This document shows, in pieces, positions 1 to 9,906 of a DNA stretch of 64,000 nucleotides. Source of the DNA: a virus; the UHGV virus genome UHGV-1374671; one strand, 5' to 3'. A model generated the notes under the pieces. It had not been told where the DNA came from and made no database searches. It saw only the letters and a list, made by a program, of their open reading frames with translations. Every line of letters starts with the position of its first letter. Within the stretch, counting starts at the first letter, position 1. Both the position numbers and the translations under genes were made by a program.

Positions 1-139
1 GGGTGCGAGAATCCCCGCACTGTCCACGGCAAATCATCTGAGGATCCTTGCGAGCACTGCTTGGTTCACGGGGCTTGAGGGCAGTTCCGGCATAGCCCGA
101 CAAGACCCCCACAAGTACGGTATACCCGGCACGCCTAGT

Positions 140-161
140 GTACTTAAATAAATTTAAGTAC
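140..161. repeat. AT-rich palindrome gtacttaaat-aa-atttaagtac
   Basis: 10-bp arms are exact reverse complements. Confidence 0.5.
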
Positions 162-263
162 CTTAGTCGCGCCCGTGCATACGTACACGTGAGAGCCAGT
201 CCAGCCATGGCGGAGCTCTCCCCTCCCCCATGACCAATCAGCGCCGCAGGCTCTCGAGACGAT

Positions 264-410
264 TTCCGCCGGGACGGCGGAAATTCTCGCCGCGTAGCGC
301 GCGCTAGCGCGCTGAATGCGCACGCGCAGGCGCGATAGAAGATCGCGCGATCTTCTACGCGCGCCTCCCCGGCGCATACCTGCGGATCTGCGCACGCATT
401 ATGCGTGCGC
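264..410. repeat. Cluster of GC-rich perfect palindromes: ttccgccgggacggcggaa 264-282; agcgcgcgct/gcgctagcgc 295-310; 22-bp tagaagatcgcgcgatcttcta 336-357; gcgcacgcat-t-atgcgtgcgc 390-410
   Basis: Reverse-complement symmetry read directly. The region is ~65-70% GC, richer than the rest of the window. No convincing ORF; the R-rich ORFs at 144-716 look like GC artefacts. Confidence 0.6.
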
Positions 411-729
411 TACCCGCATCGCAGGACTTGCGCGTGCGCATTATGCCTGCCGCCCGAAATACCGCACGCCTTGTAACACGCGAAACTGGTGATGCGCTTG
501 CGCATACCGCGCAGCGCGCGAGGATGAAGCCCGGTCCAGCGCCTGACGAAGCCTCCAACCTGCGGTATACCCACCCTTGCCCCTTCGGGCACAACCGCTA
601 GCGCGGTTGCCAAGGCATTGGGGATAACGCAGGTTTCGGCTTCTAACCCAGCCATGCCTGCTGACGCAGGATAGCTGGGAGCCAGAGGGTGGTTGGAAGA
701 GAAAACTGACGGTCACATCAGGTGAAACG

Positions 730-1130
730 CAAATAGAGCGATTTTGAGGCCCACATAGCTGTCACCCCATGTCGTTGCCCGGTTTTGAGACCGATCGCCA
801 TCAGAAGGGCCTCAGAATTGATTTATCTGGTATTCGCACCGGATACCTGACCCGGCTTTCGCACCACCATCAGCTGATCCAGGTCTAAGCGCCGGTGAAA
901 ACACCGGATTCAGACGCCGGAAAACGACCGATTCAGCGCCAGGAGAACCACCGGATTCAGCGACCCTGTTCACGACTGTTAATCCCTGCGCCAGGTTTTC
1001 ATGCCAGGTTTATCGGGATTCAAATAGAGCGATTTTGAGGCCCACATAGATCGACCCCTAGTGAGAGCCCGTTTTCGACCACGTCGTCGATCAGAGACAG
1101 TCAGGAATCGATTTATCGGGCATTTCCATC
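730..1130. repeat. Diverged tandem duplication, unit ~290 bp: identical 29-mer caaatagagcgattttgaggcccacatag at 730-758 and 1021-1049; cagaattgatttatctggtattcgcacc at 813-840 versus caggaatcgatttatcgggcatttccatc at 1102-1130
   Basis: Two repeat pairs share the same ~290-nt spacing. The intervening sequence is ~70% identical. Confidence 0.6.
891..960. repeat. Three tandem iteron-like direct repeats of ~21-23 nt (gccggtgaaaacaccggattcag / gccggaaaacgaccgattcag / gccaggagaaccaccggattcag)
   Basis: Seen directly; repeats are contiguous with ~22-nt periodicity. Candidate origin or regulatory iterons. Confidence 0.55.
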
Positions 1131-1297
1131 AAGTTGTTGATCCGGCAACTGTCCATCAGACCCGTACCAGGATGAAACCGGGTCGCCGACATGCGCTTCT
1201 CAACCGGGTTCAGGTTGTAGTGTATGTGCACGTCCGACGACCAGGTTCACGAGCCTGGTTATTTAGTCATAAAAAGTTTAACATAAGGAGGTTATAC

Positions 1298-2431
1298 ATG
1301 TTCGAGAAGATACTGTTCATGGCTGACTGTCACATCAGGTCACGCACATGGACGAACTTCATGCAGCTCCAGGGAGACGCCTACTGCGCGCTGCAGAAAG
1401 TGTCCGATCAGCTGGCCGCCATGAAGAGCCCGCCGAAGGTGCTCGTAGTCGGAGGAGACTGGTTCGACGGAAACCGACCCAGTTCGTGGGACGTCAGGGA
1501 GACGTTCCGGTTTCTGAGTCAGTTCGAGCTGGTGTTGTTCGTGAACGGGAATCATGACAAGGTCGAGCCTTCGTTTCTGGAGATTCTCCAGGGACTGGGC
1601 TGTACGAACGTCAGGGTCGAGAATCTGCAGAACCAGCCCGGTCGCGTACTCCAGTTCGATAACCAGTTTTTCATAGCTGGACTGAATTGGGTGGAGAACG
1701 CTGATCAGCTGAAAGCGGCGATAAGGGAGATCGCCGTGGAGTACAAATCGCTCGGTACAGACCAGCCGCTGTACCTGGTTCTGCACACCAGCTTTCAGCA
1801 TCTGCTCGGTTACGAGGGCTCGTACAAGCTCACGATTCAGGACGTCGAGGAGATCTTCGGAGACAGCCAGGTTCGTGTGCTTGTGGGAGACATTCATACC
1901 CGTGACCTGACTCACATCAGCAACATGAACGGAAGCTACGTTCACAGTCCAGGATCGCTGTATCCCAGGAGCTTCGACAAGGTGAACGAGGAGTACGCCG
2001 TGTCGTTGATCGACACGGGCACGGGAGAGATCAGGGACCTCGACTGTCGTGTCAGGCTCTACTACCGATACGATTACAAGAGCCGTGACGAGCTCGATCA
2101 GCTGGTCGAGATCGCGAAGCAGGAAAGCAAGGACCTTCCACTGCCGCCGTTTATCAGGGTCGTCGTTCCGAAGGATTCTGAAGTCAAGATTCTTCAGACG
2201 GACTACGAGGACGTCGTCATCCAGGTCGTAACCGAGGATGTTGAGGACCAGGAGGAAGTCACCGCCAGACAGCTCCAGGAACAGTACACGCTTGCCCAGG
2301 CCGTTGCCGAGGAGGCGAACGAGGACGACGACATCAGGGATCTCGCCGTGGCGCTGATTTCAGCAGACGACCCGCTGGCCGAGATCGAGGGCTGGTTGAA
2401 GTTCTGGAATGTCGTCAGATCAACGATATGA
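1298..2431 (+). CDS. Mre11/SbcD-like calcineurin-family phosphoesterase (recombination nuclease subunit, T4 gp47-like)
   Basis: Metallophosphatase motifs: MADCHI, GGDWFD, GNHD. ATG at 1298 follows an AAGGAGG RBS; the ORF-track start at 1061 (GTG) is probably an upstream extension into the repeat region. Confidence 0.8.
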   Translation: MFEKILFMADCHIRSRTWTNFMQLQGDAYCALQKVSDQLAAMKSPPKVLVVGGDWFDGNRPSSWDVRETFRFLSQFELVLFVNGNHDKVEPSFLEILQGLGCTNVRVENLQNQPGRVLQFDNQFFIAGLNWVENADQLKAAIREIAVEYKSLGTDQPLYLVLHTSFQHLLGYEGSYKLTIQDVEEIFGDSQVRVLVGDIHTRDLTHISNMNGSYVHSPGSLYPRSFDKVNEEYAVSLIDTGTGEIRDLDCRVRLYYRYDYKSRDELDQLVEIAKQESKDLPLPPFIRVVVPKDSEVKILQTDYEDVVIQVVTEDVEDQEEVTARQLQEQYTLAQAVAEEANEDDDIRDLAVALISADDPLAEIEGWLKFWNVVRSTI

Positions 2432-2440
2432 GGTCATAGC

Positions 2441-4450
2441 ATGTTCAAGTTATCGAGAGTGCGTTTGCACAACATCTGCCAGTACGACGATGCGGACATT
2501 CCGATAGAGGGCGGACTGACTGCTGTGTGCGGCAAAAACGGGGCTGGCAAGAGCAACTGCATCAGGGCCATCGCCTACGGGCTCACCGGATTGGTGGACG
2601 GTTCCTGGGGCAATCAGCAGAAGCTCCAGAAGGACGGCACCGCCGATCCTGGCTGGGTTGAGGTGTACCTGACAGGAACCGAGGATCTGGTCGTCAGGAG
2701 ATTTTCTACTTCGAGTACAAAATTTCCGGATCGGATTCTGAAGACGGTCAACGGAGTGGTAACCGAGGTCGCTGTCCGCCGCAAGGAGGTGGACAAGTAC
2801 ATGACGGGCGTGTTCGGCATTCCAGTGCCGCTCATGTTCCAGATCATGTGGGGAAGACAGGGCAGGCTGGACGATCTGCTTACGTCTCCTCCGGCGCTGG
2901 TGAACACGTTCCTGGCTGCGGTGTTCGACACCAAGAAGCTGGACAAGCTCAGAGAGAAGCTCAAGATCCAGATCGACACGATAGCTAACATCCCGGCCGA
3001 CAGCGTGACCCTGCTTGAGCGATACAAGGCCGAGCGGGAAGCGCTGCCGTCAGTGGAGAGCCTGGCGGCGTCACTGGAGTCCAGCAAGGCAGCTCTGCAT
3101 GATGCGGAGGCCAGACTGGAGGAGCTGAACGACACGATGAAAGCCGGCATCACGAAAGCGTCCCTGGATGGGTGCATCGCGATGTACACAGAAGAGCTTC
3201 AGACGTCCGAGAACTGGCTTTCCAGCAATCCTGAGACGCCTGAACCGTCTGTGCCGTCCATAGACGCGGCAACCGTTGATGTCAGCCTTGCAGGCGCTTC
3301 CAACGAGCTTTCCCAGCTGCAGAACCGGCGTAACCACACTGAGCTCACGCTGCGCAACCTGGAGGCAGGTCTTCCGGTCAAGAAGACCAATCTGCAGGAT
3401 CTTCGTGACAGCCATCAGTCTATTCTGGACAAGATGTCGGTGCACGACTCCGAGTGCCGGCTGTGCAAGGGCCATATCGTGGACCACGTCAGTTACGACG
3501 CAGCGCGCTGGAAGATGCTGACCGGGTACACTACCCAGGAACAGTACGAGAAGGCCTTCACGGGCAAGGAAAGCACCCTTCTGGCCGTTATAAGCGCGGA
3601 CGAGGATGCCATCCGGACAGCCAGCCAGATGATCGATGCCATGGATGTGGAGATCTCGAAGCAGCAGGAGCTGCTTCAGAACCTGTCGGAATTGAAGGCG
3701 GCACATGAGGCGCATGCAAGATGGTCTGCGACCAACGAGCTGCGAATCATGCACACCGAGAAATCTAAAGGTCTTAATGAAGCACTTGACAAGTACAGGT
3801 CGATGACTCCGATAGACGACTCGATTCCTCAGGACATCGCCGAGCTTTCCAGCAGAGTCGACCAGCTCAGAACCGAGGTGGAGACCAGGCAGAAAGCACT
3901 GTTCAAAACAGAGGCGGATTTGAAGTATTACGACAGGTCCATCCAGGACTACGAGAAAGCGGCTCAGAGCTACCAGATCAACTCAGAGGCCCGCAGAGTG
4001 CTCACTACGATCCGTGACATATACTCTCAGGGACGGGCCCAGGCCAGGTACCTGCGTTCCAAGATCCAGCAGCTGAACAGGCGGATCGGTTCCTACATGG
4101 AACAGACCGGCATGCCTTTCAGCCTGTATTTGAACGAGGACACCCACGTGTTCGAGTATGTGACTGACAGCGGATTCACGCACCCGGCAGCCCACCTGTC
4201 CGGAGCTCAGAAAAGCATCTCGTCTGTCGTTCTTCAGATGGCTATGCTGTCTGTAATCGGGCCCCAGATGAACCTGTTTCTCGTTGATGAGCCATCCGAG
4301 GCTCTTGATGATGAAAACAAGATTGTCATGAGTTCGTTGTTCCAGAGGCTCAACAACTTACTACCGTCCATGGACGGAGTGATGCTGATTGTGACCCGAG
4401 ATTCGCTCATTATTGAGAGTTGTGAAAATGTCATAAATGTAGGAGATTGA
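2441..4450 (+). CDS. Rad50/SbcC-like SMC-family ATPase (T4 gp46-like)
   Basis: N-terminal Walker A (CGKNGAGKS), long coiled-coil middle, C-terminal signature/Walker B (LFLVDEPSEALD). Adjacent to the Mre11-like gene. Confidence 0.8.
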   Translation: MFKLSRVRLHNICQYDDADIPIEGGLTAVCGKNGAGKSNCIRAIAYGLTGLVDGSWGNQQKLQKDGTADPGWVEVYLTGTEDLVVRRFSTSSTKFPDRILKTVNGVVTEVAVRRKEVDKYMTGVFGIPVPLMFQIMWGRQGRLDDLLTSPPALVNTFLAAVFDTKKLDKLREKLKIQIDTIANIPADSVTLLERYKAEREALPSVESLAASLESSKAALHDAEARLEELNDTMKAGITKASLDGCIAMYTEELQTSENWLSSNPETPEPSVPSIDAATVDVSLAGASNELSQLQNRRNHTELTLRNLEAGLPVKKTNLQDLRDSHQSILDKMSVHDSECRLCKGHIVDHVSYDAARWKMLTGYTTQEQYEKAFTGKESTLLAVISADEDAIRTASQMIDAMDVEISKQQELLQNLSELKAAHEAHARWSATNELRIMHTEKSKGLNEALDKYRSMTPIDDSIPQDIAELSSRVDQLRTEVETRQKALFKTEADLKYYDRSIQDYEKAAQSYQINSEARRVLTTIRDIYSQGRAQARYLRSKIQQLNRRIGSYMEQTGMPFSLYLNEDTHVFEYVTDSGFTHPAAHLSGAQKSISSVVLQMAMLSVIGPQMNLFLVDEPSEALDDENKIVMSSLFQRLNNLLPSMDGVMLIVTRDSLIIESCENVINVGD

Positions 4451-4469
4451 TAATCATGGAGTTGCAAAA

Positions 4470-5747
4470 ATGAAAATTGTACTGGCCGATACAGTGATCA
4501 CTGTGTTCGGGTGGCTCAATGTGATGGATCAGATCGGAAAGTACAAGCTGAAGATCCGCAAGACTCCTCAGGAGATCCGTGAGGAGAAGGAGATCAGACG
4601 ACAGCGGTACGGAAGCGACGCCCATAAGGTGAATCCTATGCGGTACGAAGATCGCACCGTGATCGCCAAGAATCCGTCTGATCCTACCATCGCATACTTT
4701 CTCCCAGGGCTGTGGCCACGGGTGAAAGGCTATCTGGATACGCAGAAGATTACATACGAAATCGAGGACAAAAGGGATCCTTCCATCAGGCCTGACCCGG
4801 ACTATTCAAAACTGGCCGGAGCGACATTGAGACCAGGACAGGATACCGCCTTGGCCCTGATTACGTCGTTGGATTGTGGGCTAATAAATACCAGCACGGC
4901 ATGGGGAAAAAGCCATCTAATATCTTTTATATGCAAGGTTTATCCCACGCTTAACATTGTCGTCACCACTGGATCCACCACGGTGGTCTCAACTCTGTAC
5001 GAATATCTGTGCAAGCAGCTGCCCGGCCAGGTCGGTTACCTGTACGCCAGGGGCAACACCACGCATGGAAAACGGGTGATTGTGACCACGCTGAAGTCGT
5101 TGCCGAACATCTCTCCTGAGCGCGTCCAGTTGCTGTTGTGCGACGAGTGTCATGCCTGCGGAGACAACGAGGCCGGCAGGGCAGTGTCCAAGTTTGTGTT
5201 CAGCCGCAGATTTGGATTCTCCGCCAGTCCGATCCGCAATGACGGCTCCAGAATCGTTATGGAGTCCATCTTCGGACCTGAGATCATGAAGATGACCTAC
5301 CAGGAGTCTGTTGACGTTGGAAACATCGTTCCCATGAAGTACCTGATGCTGCCTTGTCACAAAGGGCCAACCAGCTTGTGCGACAAGCCGGGCATGGACG
5401 ATGTATTCAAGAAGCGCTTCGGGTACTGGTGCAACTACAACAGGAACAGGGCTATTGTGGAACTGGTCTACGACATCAAGCAGGTGTATGAGGGCCAGAT
5501 TTTGATAATGGTCGGTTCACTGGAACACGCAATTCAGTTGCACATTATGCTGCCCTGGTTCAAGGTCGCTCATTATGGCGCAACTGACTTGGACGAACTC
5601 AAGAAAAAGAAGTTCTCCAAAGACAAATACTCCGACATTGACTTTTCTCAGTACAAGATGAGCCAGAAGCAGCTGGACATTATGCGGGCCGCCTTTGCAA
5701 AAGGTACGCTCAGGTACGTGATCTGCACCAAAGTGTTTAAACAAGGT
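4470..5747 (+). CDS. SF2 (DECH-box) DNA helicase, exon 1 (UvsW/RAD25-like)
   Basis: Motif I-like GKSHL and motif II LLLCDECH. The ORF stops at 5771 just before helicase motifs V/VI, which resume in 6035-6295. Confidence 0.7.
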
Positions 5748-6034
5748 AAACATCAATGCCTCGCAGCATAGGAATGTGCTGTCGTGAGCCGCTTAATTGC
5801 TGGGAACTCCGACCGGGTAATGCCGAGGACAATCAGCAGCGAAGTCCTGAAAAGTAGGAAACGTTCAACGACTATCCCTGCGGGGAGTACACGCAAGTGC
5901 GTGGAAACAGCGGCCACCCAGAACGGGTGAAGATATAGTCTGACCTTGCATGGTAACATGCAGCTGGATTAACAATCCGGGCTGAGCGTAACGAACTCAG
6001 TTGAACACAAAAGGTTGATTTTAAAGCACTTACG
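5748..6034 (+). other. Group I intron (~287 nt, no ORF) interrupting the helicase gene
   Basis: Exon 1 ends in U (ggT, 5747) and the intron ends in G (6034). Motifs V/VI (GVDVSGVE..QIPGRVARL) continue in frame from 6035. The intron shares blocks (gtgagccgc, aattgctgg, aatcagcagc, cagctggat-aa-ccggg-tgagcgta-cgaactca-ttgaaca) with the insertion at 10936-11290. Confidence 0.6.
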
Positions 6035-6295
6035 GTGTTGTTCCGTGGAGACGGCGACGTGTCTGGTGTGGAATGTATCCAGATCCCTGGCCGAGTTGCC
6101 CGTCTGTCGGAAGGCAAGGACTGCGGTTACCTGATCGACGTCAATGACACGTTCAGCACTTGGTCCAGAGAGCGGTCACAGGCCAGAGAGAAGCAATATC
6201 AGGAGCAGAAATGGACGAAGATAACAAGGGAGGATCTGCTGGATGATCTCCGTAGACTCACTGAAGGCAACCCTGACAGGGCTTCTGGGGAGTAG
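6035..6295 (+). CDS. SF2 helicase exon 2 (motifs V-VI and C-terminus)
   Basis: GDGDVSGVECIQIPGRVARL matches helicase motifs V/VI. The frame is open from 6005. Confidence 0.6.
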   Translation: MLFRGDGDVSGVECIQIPGRVARLSEGKDCGYLIDVNDTFSTWSRERSQAREKQYQEQKWTKITREDLLDDLRRLTEGNPDRASGE

Positions 6296-6767
6296 GGTTC
6301 CCAGTGGATTCCCGTTCGAGTTGGTTGCCAAATCCCTGTTGAAGCAGGAGAAGGCAAGGGACATCAAGCTCAGTTCCTATGGGTATCTGATGTATGCCAT
6401 CGATCACTACGGCGCCGGCATCCTGTACCGGAACATACTGGCGTCCAACAAGACGATCGAGGGCTATGCAGCGGAGGCCGACAAGTACAGAACCGACATG
6501 CCTGTCATGCTGGTCAATGCGGCACAGTACGTGGAGCATATCTTCAATCTGATTCCTGACATGGAAACATGCTTCAGGAAGCTGGAGGATATGACATTCC
6601 CGTATGTGCTGTATGTGCTGTTCACAGCCGGAGGCCAAGAGGAGCTTGTCACAAAGTACAAGGAGGACTTCGAGGAGCATATGCACAGATACCCGTCCAC
6701 GCTGGATCTGCTGCCTGAGTCCTATAAGAAAGTCGGTACGGAGGTCAGCGATGCAGACGTTAAGTAA
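6243..6767 (+). CDS. Hypothetical protein
   Basis: ORF with coding-like GC3. Overlaps helicase exon 2 by 52 nt, so the start is uncertain. Its stop overlaps the start of the next gene. Confidence 0.45.
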   Translation: MISVDSLKATLTGLLGSRVPSGFPFELVAKSLLKQEKARDIKLSSYGYLMYAIDHYGAGILYRNILASNKTIEGYAAEADKYRTDMPVMLVNAAQYVEHIFNLIPDMETCFRKLEDMTFPYVLYVLFTAGGQEELVTKYKEDFEEHMHRYPSTLDLLPESYKKVGTEVSDADVK

Positions 6768-8226
6768 GGTTGAGCTGGCGTTCCTGTCCGTGATCGGATA
6801 TCCTGAACTCACTTCCAAGGCGCTGAAGCTGTGTGCTGACAAGGTGATCCTGTTCGATAAGAACACGCACCCTCATGTGAGCATGATGTGGTCTGTTTAC
6901 CTGAACACGTTGAAGAAGTACAAGAAGAAGTTCGGGTTGAAGGTATCCCATGATCTCATTGCAGGCGACCTGGACGAGGCGATCAAGAACGACGAGGACA
7001 TGCCTGAGGAGGTGTTGTCCAGTTGTGAGACCATTCTCAACCGACTGGTAACTGGTCAGCTGCCGTCCAGGGAGGAAGGCATCGCGTTGATCCAGTCTCT
7101 GGTGAACCTGGATGCCAACCGCAAGATCAGCGCCCAGGTGCTGAAGAACGCGGATCTGGAGGCCATCCAGAAAACCCTGGATTCGTCGAAGCGGGTCATG
7201 ACCATACTGGACAACACAGAGGATCTGAACAAGGGCAGGATCCTGTTCAATCCGTTCAATGAGATCCAGAACCTGGCCAAGCACGTGGTGCGGATCCCGA
7301 CAGGCATCAACTTCCTGGACATCGCATCCAGCGGTGGAGGCCGGTCCCAGGAGCTGTGGCTTCTTCTTGGTCCGTCAGGAGGAGGCAAGTCGACGTTCTC
7401 TGTTCAGTATTCCGCATCGCAGGCTCTGATGGGCAACAATACGCTGTGGGTCACTTACGAGCAGAGCATGGAAGGAGACTTGGCCGAGCGACTTATCGCC
7501 AACGTGACGGACTGCAGTCTGGATGACATCCGTGATATCGGGTTCGACAATTTGAGCCAGGATATCAGGAACAAGTTCTGGGCTGCTGTGAACGGCTCCG
7601 AGGAGCACCTGAAAGTGTTGGACATGACCAGAATGGAGTTCGACCAGGAAGATCCTGCCGATGACTCCGGCATCTACTCGGTATGGAAGCGCATCAAGGA
7701 GCTGAAAGCGGAGGGATGGAGCCCGAAGACGGTCCTCATAGACTGGTTCGGCGCAATGATGTCCATGATCGGAACTGTAACCGGTCAGGACTTGTCCAAG
7801 GCGTACAGGTTCCTGGCTCAGCATCAGATCGACATTGCCCGCAAGATGGTCAAGGACGAGGATATCATGTGCATCTTCACACATCAGACCGACATGCAGA
7901 CACAGCATGCCAGGCCGACCTATCCTCCCGACAAGACCAACTCGAAGGACATGAAAGACCTGTGCAACTACATGGACATCGTTCTCACACTTGGAAACAG
8001 GGACAAGAACGACATCCAGTATTTCAATGCGGCCAAAGCCCGTAAGGGCGCGTCCGTCCTGCAGACGGTGCAGCTCATTGGAGAGAAGGCCAGGTTCAAG
8101 AAAGCCGACGGCTGGCTTCCAAACCGGGATGGGAACTTCTACCGACCCTCGGATGAGTACACATCAGACGAGGACGACGATATACAAGACGAGACTGCAA
8201 GGTCGTATACAAGAGAGATCATGTAG
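6751..8226 (+). CDS. DnaB-like replicative DNA helicase (RecA-fold C-terminal domain)
   Basis: Walker A GPSGGGKST; DnaB-like LDIASSGGG..LWLLLGPSGGGKS; Walker B-like DWFGAM; acidic C-terminal tail. ATG 6751 is in frame; the upstream part of ORF 6604 is rejected. Confidence 0.7.
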   Translation: MQTLSKVELAFLSVIGYPELTSKALKLCADKVILFDKNTHPHVSMMWSVYLNTLKKYKKKFGLKVSHDLIAGDLDEAIKNDEDMPEEVLSSCETILNRLVTGQLPSREEGIALIQSLVNLDANRKISAQVLKNADLEAIQKTLDSSKRVMTILDNTEDLNKGRILFNPFNEIQNLAKHVVRIPTGINFLDIASSGGGRSQELWLLLGPSGGGKSTFSVQYSASQALMGNNTLWVTYEQSMEGDLAERLIANVTDCSLDDIRDIGFDNLSQDIRNKFWAAVNGSEEHLKVLDMTRMEFDQEDPADDSGIYSVWKRIKELKAEGWSPKTVLIDWFGAMMSMIGTVTGQDLSKAYRFLAQHQIDIARKMVKDEDIMCIFTHQTDMQTQHARPTYPPDKTNSKDMKDLCNYMDIVLTLGNRDKNDIQYFNAAKARKGASVLQTVQLIGEKARFKKADGWLPNRDGNFYRPSDEYTSDEDDDIQDETARSYTREIM

Positions 8227-8310
8227 TTTGGTTCGATTGTGACTTGACTTTTTTTCGTTTTGGTGTTATGTTGCGAACGAGCAACATAACCTGAACGAAG
8301 GAGGTCGGTC

Positions 8311-8712
8311 ATGAAACAACCCGAGTTCGAGAAGCTCTGTAAGGATCTGGCCCGCATATGGACCAGAAAAGACGGGGCCCTGGCGAAGCTGGGCAGCTGC
8401 TCTGAGAGCACTGGCTCGTACATCTTGTGCATCGGAGCGAAGAACAATACAGGGTTCTCCGCTCACTATTGCGTTGTGTGGGAAGGAGACAACAAGGCGT
8501 TTGAAGGCCGTCTCCATTCCATCGAACTCAGAAAATTCCTCACATCGAAACACCTCTGTTTCGCAGAGGTAACCACTTCACGCATGCTGGATCAGAACAA
8601 GAAAGGTCTGATCAACTGCTACGGAAAGAAGGAGTCGTGCTGCAAGCTGAACTGCTCTGTACGCGACAGGAAGCCGTTCCAGGTGACTGAGACGGTGGCA
8701 ACCACTCTGTAG
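8311..8712 (+). CDS. Hypothetical protein (Cys-rich)
   Basis: ORF preceded by a GAAGGAGG RBS. A 10-bp hairpin (gttatgttgc..gcaacataac) lies in its leader at ~8256-8285. Confidence 0.5.
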   Translation: MKQPEFEKLCKDLARIWTRKDGALAKLGSCSESTGSYILCIGAKNNTGFSAHYCVVWEGDNKAFEGRLHSIELRKFLTSKHLCFAEVTTSRMLDQNKKGLINCYGKKESCCKLNCSVRDRKPFQVTETVATTL

Positions 8713-8758
8713 CGCTCCCGGTATTGCCGGGCAGCGTGCATGTCCGGGAGGAAAGCAA

Positions 8759-9889
8759 GTGTTGAACAAACCACTCTATGACACGCTTGTGCGCATGTTC
8801 AAGCGTGTCGAAATCGCCAACGAAGGGCAGCATGCACGGGTCAGCAGGAAAGCGGGTACCGTGTCGGCGTGGTGTATTGAAAGGAACAACGAACACGGTG
8901 AGCAGTACCGTGTGAATTGTCCTTTCTGCGACGACCGGAACAAGCACCTCTACATTTCGTATCTGTCCTACATTCGTCCAGTCGTGAACGGTCAGGTGCT
9001 TCAGGTAGGCAAATTGAGAGCCCAGTGCTTTCGCAGAGGCTGTCTGAAGAAGATTGAGAACAGAGAATGGCTCGAAGGGCAGATCGCTATGTACAGGTTA
9101 GCTCTTGGAGCAGGTGCGGAAATTCCAAACATTGAAATCTCGGAAACAGACTCGGAAACCCTTCCCAGATACGAGGTGTCGGACGACATTTCCGTGGATG
9201 GGTTCAAGACATGGGTACCTGATTATGAGCCGATCACAGCGCAGTCCAGGAGTGACATTCTGGAGTACCTGGCGGCTCGTCGTGTGTCCATGGATGACGT
9301 GGAATGGATGAGACTCGGCTGGGGGCCTGTCAAGTCCCCGCGTTCAGGCAACTACCTGAACAACGGCAGTCCGTTCATTCTGATTCCGATGATACAGAAC
9401 AACCAAGTGAAGGGCATCCAGGGCAGGTGCCTTCCCCAGTACCTGAAGGAGGACGGCATCAAATACTGGATTCACCCTGCCTGCAGAAAACGTACTGTTG
9501 TGCTGAACATCGACATTGCCAGACAGCTCGGCCTTGGTGTCGTCTGTGAAGGCGCTTTCGATGTGCTCAGCATTGGTAAACCGGGCGTATGCACCTTTGG
9601 ACATACACCATCAGAAACGCAAAGGCGGTTGCTTACCACGTTCTCACAGGGCATCATATGGTGTCCTGACACGGACGTGACGCCGAGGCTGAATCCTATT
9701 CAGATCGCCAGGGAGCATGTTGCTGTCTGGAACGCGTCCAATGCGTTTCCGAAAGGTGCGCACGTCGTAGAACTGTCCCAGAAAGATGCCGGCAGTATGT
9801 CCCGGCAGCAAGTATGGGAGGAGATCGTTTCCCAGGTTCCTGCTCATATGCAGGACTTCCTGCTGGAGAGGATCATCCCAAACCTATAG
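8759..9889 (+). CDS. DnaG-like DNA primase (zinc-binding domain + TOPRIM)
   Basis: CPFCDDRNKHLY zinc ribbon; later VVCEGAFDVLS, a TOPRIM E..D motif. Confidence 0.7.
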   Translation: MLNKPLYDTLVRMFKRVEIANEGQHARVSRKAGTVSAWCIERNNEHGEQYRVNCPFCDDRNKHLYISYLSYIRPVVNGQVLQVGKLRAQCFRRGCLKKIENREWLEGQIAMYRLALGAGAEIPNIEISETDSETLPRYEVSDDISVDGFKTWVPDYEPITAQSRSDILEYLAARRVSMDDVEWMRLGWGPVKSPRSGNYLNNGSPFILIPMIQNNQVKGIQGRCLPQYLKEDGIKYWIHPACRKRTVVLNIDIARQLGLGVVCEGAFDVLSIGKPGVCTFGHTPSETQRRLLTTFSQGIIWCPDTDVTPRLNPIQIAREHVAVWNASNAFPKGAHVVELSQKDAGSMSRQQVWEEIVSQVPAHMQDFLLERIIPNL

Positions 9890-9906
9890 GAACAGAGGAG
9901 ATCGAG

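Noticed and set aside
1-30. gggtgcgagaatccccgcac looked like a tRNA T-arm/3' end (possible att site)
   Set aside because: The loop (agaatcc) lacks the conserved TTC(R)A T-loop and no acceptor stem can be built. Not a tRNA.
144-716. Several overlapping 60-90-aa ORFs on both strands (Arg/Ala-rich)
   Set aside because: They lie in a GC-rich palindromic non-coding region. The amino-acid composition (poly-R/A) and mutual overlaps are typical of GC-driven artefacts.
891-960. CRISPR array interpretation of the tandem direct repeats
   Set aside because: Only three short, imperfect repeats with essentially no spacers and no cas genes. They behave like iterons, not CRISPR.
1061-1297. GTG-initiated 5' extension of the Mre11-like ORF
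   Set aside because: It lies in the tandem-repeat non-coding region. A strong AAGGAGG RBS and ATG are at 1298.
6604-6750. N-terminal 49 codons of ORF 6604-8226 (MCCMCCSQPEAKRSL...)
   Set aside because: They overlap the preceding gene in another frame and have odd composition. The in-frame ATG at 6751 sits at the upstream gene's stop and gives a DnaB-like N-terminus.
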